Source: the human T2T-CHM13v2.0 reference genome, Homo sapiens. Taken from it: a stretch of 64,000 nucleotides of DNA. Under the pieces are notes generated by a model. That model ran no database searches, was not told the origin of the DNA, and saw nothing but the letters and a program-made list of their open reading frames with translations. The stretch is taken from assembly GCF_009914755.1 (NCBI RefSeq), contig NC_060931.1; one strand, written 5' to 3'. Shown one piece after another: positions 52,849-64,000 of the stretch (its first letter is position 1; the number at the start of each line of letters is the position of its first letter). A program made the position numbers and the translations under genes.

Positions 52849-54679
52849 TCAGGAGAAATTCAAGCTTGCTGCAGAAATTTGCATAAGTAATGAGGAGTTA
52901 ATCACCAAGACAATGGAGAAAATGTCTCCAGGGCATGTCAAAGGTCTTCAGGGCAACTTCTCCCATCATAGACCTGGAGGCCTAGGAGAGAAAAATGGTT
53001 CCCTAGGCTGGGCCCAGGGCCCTGCTGCTGCTCTGGGCAGCCTCAGCACATGGTGTCCTGCATCCCACCCATGGCTAAAAGAGACCAACATACAGCCCAG
53101 GCCATTGTTTCAGGCAGTGCAAACACCATGCCTTGGCAGCTTCCATGTGGTGTTGGGCCTGCAGGTGTGCAGAACACAAGAATTAAGGTTTGGGAACCTC
53201 TGCCTAGATGTCAGAGAATGTATGGAAACATCTGGATGTATAGGCAGAAGTCTTCTGCAGGGGTGGGGACCTCATGGATAATCTCTGCTAAGGCAGTATG
53301 GGAGAGAAATGTGGGGTTGGAGCTCCCACACAGAGTCCCCACTGGTGCGCTGCCTAGTGGAGCTGTGAGAAGAGGGCCACCATTCTCCAGACCCCAGAAT
53401 GGTAGATCCGCCAACAATTTGCACCATATGCCTGAAAAAGCAGCCAGGGGGTGCTATACCATGCAAAACCACAAGGCTGGAGCTGCCCAAGGCTGTGGGA
53501 TCCTACCTCTTGTGTCAGCATGACCTGGATATGAGATATGAAATCAAAGGAGATTATTTTGGAGCTTTAAGATTTAATGACTGCCTTGTTGGATTTCTGA
53601 CTTGCATGGGACCTGTATGTAGCCCCTTTGTTTTGGCCAATTTCTTCCATTTGGAATGAGAGCATTTATCCAATGCCTGTACCCTCATTGTATCTTGGAA
53701 GTGACTAACTTGCTTTTGATTTTAAAGGATCCCAGGCAGAAGGGATTTGCTTTGTCTCAGATGAGACTTTGGTCTTCAACTTTTGAGTCAATGCTGAAAT
53801 GAGTTAAGACTTTAGGGGACTGCTAGGAAGGCATGATTGGTTTTGAAATATAAGGACACAAGATTTGGGAGGAGCTGGGGGTGGAATTATATTGTTAGGT
53901 TTTGTGTCCCCACCCAAATCTCACCTTGAATTGTAATCCCCAGGTGTTTAGGGAGAGACCTGGTGGCAAGTGATTGGATCATGGGGGCGATTTCCCCTAT
54001 ACTGTTCTTATGATAGTGAGTGAATTCTCATGAGATCTGATGGCTTTATAAGGCAGTTTTCCCTGCTCTTGATAGCACTTCTCTCTCCTGCCACCATGTG
54101 AAGAAGGTCCTTGCTTCCCCTTTGCCTTCCGCCATGATTGTAAGTTGCTTGAGGCCTCCTCAGCCATGTGGAACTGTGAGTTAATTAAATCTCTTCCCTT
54201 TATAAATTATCCAGTCTTGGGTATTTCTTTATAGCAGTGTGAGAACAGACTAACACAATAACCAACTGGGATTTATTCTGAATATGAAAGGCAGTTTCAG
54301 CATTTGAAAATTAATTATTGCAATCCATTCTACCAACAGGCTAAAGAAGAAACATTATATAATCCTATTGATTGATACAGCAAAAGCATTTGGCAAAATC
54401 CTACACCCATTTATAATAAAAAGCTTTTAGCAAACTAGGAATAGAGGAGAAATTTCTCTGTTTGGTGAAGAGCACCTACAAAAAAACTACAGCCAACATC
54501 ATATTTAATGGTGAGAAAATGAATGTTTTCGCCTTAAGATAAGGAACCAGGCAAAGATGTTCTCTTTCTTTACTCCTACTCAAAATTGTGCTAGAAGTTC
54601 TAGCTAGTACATTTAGAAAAGAAAGCAAATAAATAAGATTGAGGAAGAAGAAATAAAAGCATTAAGACTATTAAAAGTA

Positions 54680-55010
54680 ATAAGACTGTTGCATCAGACA
54701 AGAGATAATGGTGACCTGGATCAATATAATGGTGGAGATGGAGAGATGGATTGAAGAGGTAAGAAATAAAATCCACAGAGCCTGGGAATGGATTACACAC
54801 GCATGGTAGAGATGGGGGTACCCAGGATGACTTTCGGGATTTGGTTTGCATGACTAGAAAGGTTGTAGGGCCATTTATAGGACTAAAGAGAGCACCGAAA
54901 GAGAGTAAATTTGGAAGAAAAAGCTATAAATTATGCTTTGGTCAAGTAGAGATTGAGATTCCTTAGAGAAGTGGTGTCACTTGGCCACTTTTTGCTTGTG
55001 TGTGTGTGTG

Positions 55011-55058
<48 letters not shown>

Positions 55059-55870
55059 CCTGGAATTCAGAGAAAAGCATAGGGCTAGAAATTAGTTTGT
55101 AAATTATTTGCATGTAAGTGGTGATTGAAACCATAACTATGAAGAAATTGCCTAAGGGGAGATTATAGAGTGAGAAGGATGCCAAAAACTGTGCTGTGAC
55201 ATTTAATGGTCAAGAAGAGGAGAATGAACAACAAAGAAGACTCAGAAGTAGCTGAAGAAAAGGGGAAGACCAAGGGTAGTGCGTGTTTCAGGAAAGAGGC
55301 ATTGATCAAGAATGTTGACTACTGCTGAAACAGTACAATGACTACTGAAAAAATCCATGAATTTAGCAACAGAGAAGTCATTAGTGACTTTACAGAGGGC
55401 TATTTCACTCTGTAATGGCGTTATGTGCCAGACTGAAGTAGGTTTAGGATTGAGCAGGAGGTGTGAAAATTGCAATAGCACAAAAAGAAAATCAAGAATG
55501 ACTGTGAAGTCAGTGATAGAAATAGTACTACAGTTGCTAGAAGTGAGGAGGTGGAGGACATGGATTTGAGTGAGAAATTCTTTTCATTTTTTGTTTTAAA
55601 TAACATTCACTTGAGTATGTTTTAAAGTTGGTGTAAAACATTCAATTGAGAGAAAAGTTTGAATACACATGGAGAAGAAAAGAGAAGATGAATGGTGTAA
55701 AGTTCTTGAAGTGGGTAATGGGGTAAAATCCAGAACAGAGGTGGAGAGATTATTCCCCTCTCTGGTAGTCAGAGAGATGCAGACCAGGATAGACAGGGGA
55801 GGTAAGTATGTTTTATTTCAAAAAGATGAAGGAGTTTCAATCTGGTAACTTCTGTTTTCTCTGCAAAGTA
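54680..55870 (-). mobile_element. L2 degenerate fragment
   Basis: Purine-rich reverse-strand L2 motifs (GGATGACT, GATTTAGCAAC..AGAAGTCATTAGTGAC). Confidence 0.65.
54997..55057. repeat. Interrupted (TG)n microsatellite
   Basis: Seen directly. Confidence 0.95.
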
Positions 55871-56724
55871 AAGATTTTATATCACTTATCTTGAATGGTG
55901 TATATGCAAAATTTAACACTATCTTCTAGCATATTTGTAAATTCTATTTGCTAGGCACATAGCTAGCTGTTTAGTTTTGTGGGTTATGGATTGTATTTTG
56001 GTGTGATGTAGCATGGTGTAGCATTATAGATCTCTTCAGATTTTCGACAGTTTATGAAAGACTTGAAATCTTTCTTTAAGGAGAAAAATTATAGAGATTG
56101 CAACTGAAGGTGATTTTTTTTCCTTTGACACATTTTGAAAAATGGATGCATCATATTCCATCATATAGATGTATTATAATCATTTGCACATTAAGTTTTT
56201 AAAAATAATATTGTAATGAATATACTTATACATGTATCTTTCTCTCTTGATATTTCTTAGACATGGAGTCACTGAGTTAAGGAGTTTAAACATTTTTAAA
56301 TCTCATAATACATATTGCCAAATTGCCCTTCAGAAAGATATCCAGTTCATTTAGTCAAACCCAAAAGAAATGTAATTGAGAGATTAATATGCTAATTTTA
56401 AACTAGGAGACGTCACAGTATCTAGAATTTGTTTTAAACTGACACTTTCTAAATTGGGACCATAGATGGCACTAAAGGATTAAGGAATGTAACCATGTTT
56501 GTAATTCTCTGTTGGAAGGGATCTCGAATGGACATCCCAGCCACCCTCTTTCATAGCAGATAAACTATAAACAGTTCTAGAAAAACAGTCCTTTCCGTCT
56601 TTAACCTTATATATAAATCAAATTGGTCACCCATTCTAAACTTATGCTTTTAGTCTTAATGGTCTGTTGTACTTGCAATTCTGTAACAATGTAAGCTTAT
56701 TGGAATTTATCTTATCCTCTATGC

Positions 56725-57255
56725 CAGTGGTCCCCAACCTTTTTGGCACCAGGGACCGGTTTCATGGAAGACAATTTTTCCACAAACCGGGGAGTGGGGG
56801 GTGGCAGGGTTGGGGTGGGGTAATTTCAGGATGATTCAAGTGCATTACATTTATTGTGCATTTTATTTCTATTATCATTATGTTGTAATATATAATGAAA
56901 TTATTCTACAACTCATAATGTAGAATCAGTAGGAGTCCTGAGCTTGCTTTCCTGCAACTACACGGTCCCATCTGCGAGTGATGAGAGACAGTGACAGGTC
57001 ATCAGGCATTAGATTCTCATAAGGCGTGTGCAACCTAGATCCCTCGCATGCGCAGTTCACAATAGGGTTCCTGCTCCTATGAGAAGCTAATGCTGCCACT
57101 GATATGACAGGAGGCAGAGCTCAGGTGGTAATGCCAGTGATGGGGAGCAGCTGTAAATACAGATGGAGCTTTACTCACTGGCCTGCTGCTCACCTCCTCC
57201 TGTGCAGCCCAGTTCCTAACACACTGGTGCGTGGCCCAGGGTTTGGGAACCCCTG
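56725..57255 (-). mobile_element. MER1A (hAT-Charlie), opposite orientation to the copy at 15192
   Basis: CAGTGGTCCCCAACCTTTTTGGCACCAGGGACCGG ... TTGGGAACCCCTG; degenerate 8-bp TSD CTCTATGC/TTCTAGGC. Confidence 0.85.
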
Positions 57256-58053
57256 TTCTAGGCTGTGGAGTATACTTCACCATGTCATTTGCAAATTCCT
57301 TGCAATACCAGTTGTCTTATAGTAAACTTTGCCACCTTTCATTCTTCTGCTTGTAAAACTTTCTTTTTTTAAAGAAGGAAACATATAGGTCATAAGTCAG
57401 AAAGGCAAAGAACTCTCATGATCTGATCATAAAACTTAGCACTGTGAAACTCTGGATATGAATGTATGTGACATACTTAACTTGATAAGTTGTACAGTGA
57501 CTTTCTAGCTTTGCAGTGTGAAAATTGTATTTTAAACAAACTATTTAAATGTCAGACTGATGTGTCCTTGTAGGGATGGTTTTGAATGTCACCACTGTCC
57601 ACTGTTTTTACCATCAATCCTTAGGAGTTGCTTTGATGACTTCTTACCCAACATTTCTAGATTTCAATAGTCCAATGACTGAGAAGCAAGCAGGCTTGCA
57701 GGGAGCCAACTTTTCTTGGAAGACCAAATGGCCCCTGCTGGTGTAGATGAAACTTACATTAAGAACTACCTGTCTTAACTTAGCTTTCCCTCTGTAACCT
57801 CCTTCAGCGATGACAGTAGAACATGTGTTCAGTCATTATCTACGGCTGGGAGACAGGAAGGGGAGGGAAGCAATGGGAGCATACATGTTTGTGCCTTTTC
57901 AAAGATAGATTTAAAAAGCTAATGTTTACAGCTTGCCACTCACAATAAAAATGCATTAGATGCAGAGGACATGAGAATTGAATCTACCTGTTAAAACAGG
58001 TTTACTTTAGTTAAAACAAGTAGCCATTGCTTCAGAAACCTTTCAGAGCTACA

Positions 58054-58055
<2 letters not shown>

Positions 58056-58091
<36 letters not shown>
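58056..58091. repeat. (CA)n microsatellite
   Basis: Seen directly. Confidence 0.95.
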
Positions 58092-58093
<2 letters not shown>

Positions 58094-58964
58094 CTCCTTG
58101 ATCTAGGCGTTTTTGTTTCTGTATAAATAAAGGTCTCACTGCTGTGGAGCAGCATGATATTAGAGATAGGAAGTGAAATTATAGGTACCCCATTCTAGAA
58201 ATGTAAAGAATACAACCTCATCTTTCTCTCTCTGCAGTTAAAAGAAGTTTGCAGTCGACCTTACTGCAACGTAAACATTGCCTGATAATATATAAATATG
58301 TATGCAGATGTTTCTACATATAAATAAATATATATGAATAACATTAAATATGTATTAAGAGAGACATACTCATTTTGATTCTAGCTTATTAATTCTGAAA
58401 AAATGGAATTATTTTCCTAGCATTCTTATGTAAAGTGGAAGCCACCTGAACACTGAACAATTGAGTAGCTGATGTTCTGCAACTCCAGAGAGCTTGGAAG
58501 CTTTAGCTAGGAACTTTATAAGTAAACACACAGCTTCATGAAGACTCCAGTGTGATTCCACAAAGCAGCCCTTGCTGAAGTTGTCTGGGAGAAGGCAGAG
58601 AGTGATACAGACATTTACTCATTAGTTAATGACATTGGACGGGTTTCCTAACGTCTCTCAACATCAGTTTCTTCATCAACAAAGTAGGGAAAATGCATCA
58701 TAGCATTATTCTGAAGGCTAAGGTAGAATATATTTTAGACATCTGGCAGAGTTTGACATATATTGCCCACAAAATTGCAACAATAAATTAATTAAGTGAA
58801 TCCTTGAAAAGCCTCTGCCTCAGGGTAGTCTTTTGCTTTCCAATTCAATGTGTTTCAATTCAATTCAATCTCAATTCAATCCAATGACGTAGACTTTTAG
58901 CCATAAGAAGCAAGACCCGCCAAATACTTCGTATCTTTCACCAACTGTTCTGATTAACCTGGCA

Positions 58965-58978
58965 GTTGCCATGGTAAC
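58965..58978. promoter_or_regulatory. RFX X-box motif
   Basis: GTTGCCATGGTAAC matches the palindromic X-box consensus GTTGCCATGG(C/T)AAC. Confidence 0.55.
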
Positions 58979-61869
58979 ATTAGCCCAGTCCTCTCTTAGT
59001 TATGGAGGCTCCTTTATTCCAGGATTCACTCTTTTTCCTGATGGACAGCAGGTGAAATGGCCACAACATTAAAGCCAAACTGTTATACATTTTAATGAAA
59101 AAGTAAATTCTGGATTTTAGTGATAGAGTTTTGTTTTAAATCTCTACAGTCAGTCTCTGAATCTTGATGTCCTTCCGTCTTGGCCGCAGTTCCTCTCAGG
59201 TGGTCAGAGCACCCAGTTCAGATTCCTGTATTTGGAGAGCCCTGGGCCGTGATTAGAGTCACCACCCAACACGAAAATCACCTGTTTACACTTCCGGATT
59301 TTTACCTTTCAGGGATTCAGTTTAGGGGAAAGGAGAAAGGAAATTAAAGGCAGGAAAATATGGAATACAACAAGGAGAAATGAAATCAGAACAAAAAAAG
59401 GAAAATCAGGAAGAAAGGGCCAAGAAAAATTCAAAGAAAGAAAATGAGGGTAAATGAAAGGGAAGAGATAAGTGGTCTACATACCTGAGTAATTACAGAA
59501 CAATTTTGCACAAATGGAATTTCAATTAAAATGTGTGATTTAGAATGTTAAGTTCTCCTTAAGTAGTTTTTTGTGCTTTATTTTATTATTGTAAAAAATC
59601 TATGAAGCAGTACAAATATCTGTAAAATAAAAAAGAAAAAAATTAAGCCTTTCCACCTGCTATTCCTTTCTTCTTCTCAGAGATTGCTACTAAATATTTT
59701 CTGTATATACACTAATACATAGAATTAGTATTGATTCATATGATTATATCACATATGAATCATACCAAAAAATGACCTGTGACATATTGTTTTTCATCTA
59801 ATAAGATATGCAGAACTTTTCTCCATGTTATTACATTTAGATTTATCTCATTCTTTGTAATGCTACAATATCCTAACTGTTAGTTTTACTAGTATTTAAC
59901 TGGCCCCCTGCTGTTAGGTACTCTGATTTCTTGTTCCTTTTCTTTGAACAGATCATTTGAAAACAAGAAAACCTAAAAACACTACTGGAAAAAGTTTGGA
60001 CATTTTATTGACATTATAGGTATTTGGCAACTATTACACTGTGTGTAATTACTTGATAGAGCCTACACTAAGTGGTGCTGCATAAAAATGATAAGAGTAC
60101 AAGTGAGATGCCATGCTGAGTTCTCAAATGAGGAAACAAATTTTCTTTTATGTCTACTTCTTGGTTCAGTTATTTAAGCAAAGGCAACAGCTTGGTGAAA
60201 AGATGTGGACTTTATAATATCTGTCTGCCAAGAAGATACCGATATTTATGGTAAATTAATAAAAGCATGGGCCATAAAACTGAAAGGAATCCTAGAGTTT
60301 ATTTGGTCCTTCTCTCTCATACTACAGATTAGACTGGGACTGGGCACAGATAGTGTTTGGTTTTACCTCAACACTACCGCATCAACACTACATACACAGT
60401 ACTAGTTTGCTAATATCATTTCTATGTGTGTAACCTAGTTACTAAATGATATCTCACTTATTTTAAATTGTTTTATCTTCCCCATCTAATAGGGGAAAGT
60501 AGATGTGTGTCCAGGGCTCCAGCAGAATTTTGTAGGCAGCATTACAGGATCATGAAAGAATCTTGGGCACTTCTGGGGAGGCTGCACAGTAGATATGACA
60601 TCAGCACGGATAGTCTTGAAGAGCAAGCAGGAATATTCCAGATGGACAAGGAGGCAAATTAGAGCTTTCCATGTATGGTCATGATATAATCTATTGTTTA
60701 AGCTGGGACACTTTTGAAAGCAGAAGGTTTGAAATAGATGTATTTTAAGTGTGTGTGTTGGAACAGTGGGGATTTTCCTTGATGGCATGAGAAACTAGGT
60801 CAAGGTCAGAAGTTGTTAGACACAAATGAAATCAAGCAAATGTATTTATCTATTAGCATCTAATTATGACTGCCTGGCAGGTCAGCCTCTACTACTAAGT
60901 GTTTGTTTGAAATTAAGAATTAAGACTTGCAGTTGGTAGATTTCTTAATATGCAAAATCATATAGTTAAAAATTAAATTTCATTGAATTATTTCAGTAAA
61001 TATATGTTAATTAACCTAGTAAGATTTCACTAAAATAGAACTATCTAAGAAATGGTTTTAGATGGTCATTGTAAACACAAGAAACTTCCTGATCTGGAAC
61101 CAGAATATAGAGGGTCACCCACCCTTTTTAAAAGATATTTATGGACATACAGTGATAAAATTCATGTTCAATTTTTCTCTTTAAAGTTGATTTCCAAGTT
61201 CACTTTTTGCCTCCTTAACTGCTATTTCTTAACCTTTCCCGGCATCTCCATAATGGTGATGGCATCTCCTGAAGTTGGTGTTTCCAAGGGTGTTTCCCCC
61301 TTTATTTGCTTTCTGTCTCATCTTTTTGACATCCATTTCTACCTGTTCCTCATTTCCATACAAAACTCAATTTTAATCAGATATTCATTGTTTTTCCACC
61401 CACTCACATGCTTCTGAAGGTGTTGTCTTCCCTACCATGTCCACGGAAGTAAATTCTGAGTATTGTTTTAATCAAGGTAATCCCACTCCTCTTGCTAATA
61501 ATTCCTTTAGGGAAGGGCATGTAACATGTATGGCCAAGGAAACCCTACTGGAATGCTAGTAGAGACTTCTGGGAAAGGTTTCCTCACACCCAAGGAAGTA
61601 GCACACAAAGTGGCTTTTTCCATTTTCTGGATGGTGCGGCATGTTTATATGACTTCTGGAATTGCTACATCCATCCTGTAACTATGAGGGAAGAGTAGAA
61701 GATGAAAAAGAACTTGAGTTCTTGATGACATTGTTGAGTCATTACATTAACCAATCCTGGGAATTTACCTGGCTTTTGAACTTCCTGTCATTTGAGATAA
61801 TAAATTATTCTTTAAGTCCATTTAATCTGAGTTTTTTGTTATTCTCTTTCAAAGGCATGGTGATATATG

Positions 61870-63045
61870 GTCCAAATTTACTTCTTAAACCCAGACCTCT
61901 CCTTGAATGTCCCTCTTGGATATAAAACTGTCTATCGGATATTTCTGTTTGGAATCTTAAACTAATCCTAACCTTACCTAGTTCTCAACTCATCATTTCC
62001 CCCCTTTTAAACCTGTTGCTTCACATGCACTTCCCATCTTGTGTGATGGCATCATCAAGCTCTCAACACAGAAACACAGGCATTATTTATGACTCTTACC
62101 TGTATTTGGTGTCCCACATCTGATAACTGGGTCCCTATAAGTTTTATCTCTAAGACTTCCACCCTATAGTCCATCAAGTGCTTCATCCTCATCTTGATAA
62201 TAGTAATATCTTCCCTAATTATTTATCTAGTCTCAGCTTTGTCCTATAAAATCCATTTCCAAGTTTATGTAGAGTGATCCATCCAAAACAGAAATCTGTT
62301 GTGATTGCTCACCTGGTCTGAGTCTCATTACTTACAGAATAAATCCAAGTTTCTTAACTGAACACTCAGGTTCATGCATGATCTGACCCTTATCCATGTA
62401 ATCTCATTCATTCATTTTATCCTCAAATATTTCTTGATTGCTGAGATATGATAGTCATTGGGAATATAGGCAGATGTTGTTCCCTGCCTTCCCTGACTTT
62501 GGGAGCTTACAGTCTAGCAAGGAAGATAGACACTAAGCAAATGATTACCCTCGTGATGAGTGTAACAGGGAAGTACAGTATACTAGCTTCTTCTGTCATC
62601 AGCACTTGCCTTGACCATTCCCTCTCTTATTCTCTTATTATTACTGCACTGCTTACAGTTCTTCACATAGACCAGGCTGTTTCTTGCCTCTAGGCCTTTG
62701 CCCAAGCAGTTCTCTCTGCCTGAAATGCTTTCCTCACATTTCTTCACTTGGCTAACTCCTTCTTGTCCTTTGAAATTCAGCTCAGCTTCCTCCAGGAAGC
62801 CTTCTTTGAATACCCTAGACTCAATTTGATGCCCTCATCTAAGCTTCCATAGTATGCTTTGTGTTCTTTCTTAATGGTGTACCATGTTGCATTTACTATC
62901 TACTAGTATTATTTAGTTTATTGTATCTCTTTCTTTGACTAGACTGCAAGCTCTTAGAATATAAAGACTGAGTCATATTTAGTTCTTCTCTATCTTATGG
63001 CACATGAAATATAGTTAACAAGAGTTTATTAAACATAACTGAAAT
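61870..63045 (+). mobile_element. L2 3' fragments, with a nested opposite-strand L2 end at ~62400-62580
   Basis: CTCTGCCTG.AATGC, CCTCCAGGAAGCCTTC, TAGACTG.AAGCTC.T.GA motifs. Confidence 0.65.
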
Positions 63046-64000
63046 TTCTAATGAGATTTAAATTTCTCAAGGACTGGGCATGTTTTATAATTTTACTAAG
63101 TATACCCTCCTGGATCATTCACATGTTTTTTGTTTTGCATGACTATGCTTGTCATACTCGTTCCTCATATATTATAAATCTTACTTAATGTTAGCTCCTG
63201 GAATGCCCTTTCCTCTAAAGTTGGTGTGTTCCTTTTGCCCACCAAAACCCAATATGCTGTAAGAAATCTATTGGATGCTGCCAAAAGGAATTAATCACTC
63301 CTTCTTCTGTGGCGTCTCTGCATTTTTACACACTTCTACTATTGCATTTAGAACACAGTATTATAATTAGCTCTTTACATGCTTGGTCCACAGTATAATT
63401 ATAGTAGCATGATAAGGATTTCGATACAGGTGTAATGAGAGCATTGCAGAGGACCTGACCTGCCTGGAGAATGTCACTTTTGAGAAAATCAAAGCAGGGT
63501 GAAGGTTGCCTAGTTCAGCCTCTTCATGTTTTGATGAGGCAACTGAGGGCCTGAAAGTCTGAGTCAGTTTCCTCCTCTGTAAAATGTCTAGTTATCTGTG
63601 AACTGTGAGTCAGAAAATATGAATTATTTTACACATAATGAGAATCAAATTTTATGTAACCCCACCCTGTGACTCTCTAGTTTCTGAAGGACAAAGCATT
63701 TTGGTAGAGTTTCAGTGAAATGCAAGGAAAAATAGCTCCCAAAGTTATTTAAGTGCCTCTGGGAGATAAAAGAAACTTGGTTATTGAAAATACAGTAATT
63801 TATTTGCCTCCTATAGATGGTGTCTTTATTAAATATAAAGAGGGCAGGCAATTCAGCTCAGTACAATTCAAAAACCATGTATTGCCTGTGTTCTAAAGTG
63901 TGTGTGCTGGGATGAATGTGATGAGGCTCATTGATCCCCAAAGACTCAGAGGCTCAGAGAGCCTCTGTCATAAACCTAAGGTGGGATTCTGCTGGAGATT

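Noticed and set aside
58900-64000. HEPACAM2 3' exons
   Set aside because: No recognisable coding exon; by recalled gene spacing its 3' end should lie just beyond the window

Overview
Human (primate) genomic DNA matching the SAMD9L locus (7q21.2). The only intact protein-coding region is SAMD9L: minus strand, 1584 aa, with the whole CDS in one exon (9250-14004). Its ~1.15 kb 3'UTR, several predicted non-coding 5' exons (22.8-26.4 kb) and an ISRE/GAS-rich, CpG-poor promoter near 26.4 kb are also visible. Most of the rest is transposon-derived: two L1PA7/8-like LINEs in opposite orientation, MER4 and MER41/PRIMA41-type ERV1 remnants, an old ERVL, a THE1/MST provirus, solo LTRs, L2, old L1M, Alus, MER1A, MER5A and Tigger3. 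I see no new gene system, and nearly all short ORFs in the track are repeat-derived noise. The best leads are (1) a GAS-bearing MER41 LTR about 0.6 kb upstream of the promoter, (2) an ancient degenerate duplicate of SAMD9L's own 5'UTR exon region inside its intron, (3) a solo LTR with a duplicated four-IRF-motif cluster, (4) an L2-derived 36/37-bp VNTR with a displaced copy and a templated insertion, and (5) an X-box/FOX/E-box/ETS enhancer-like island near 59 kb. Repeat subfamily names and exon boundaries were judged by eye and need RepeatMasker and RNA-seq confirmation.
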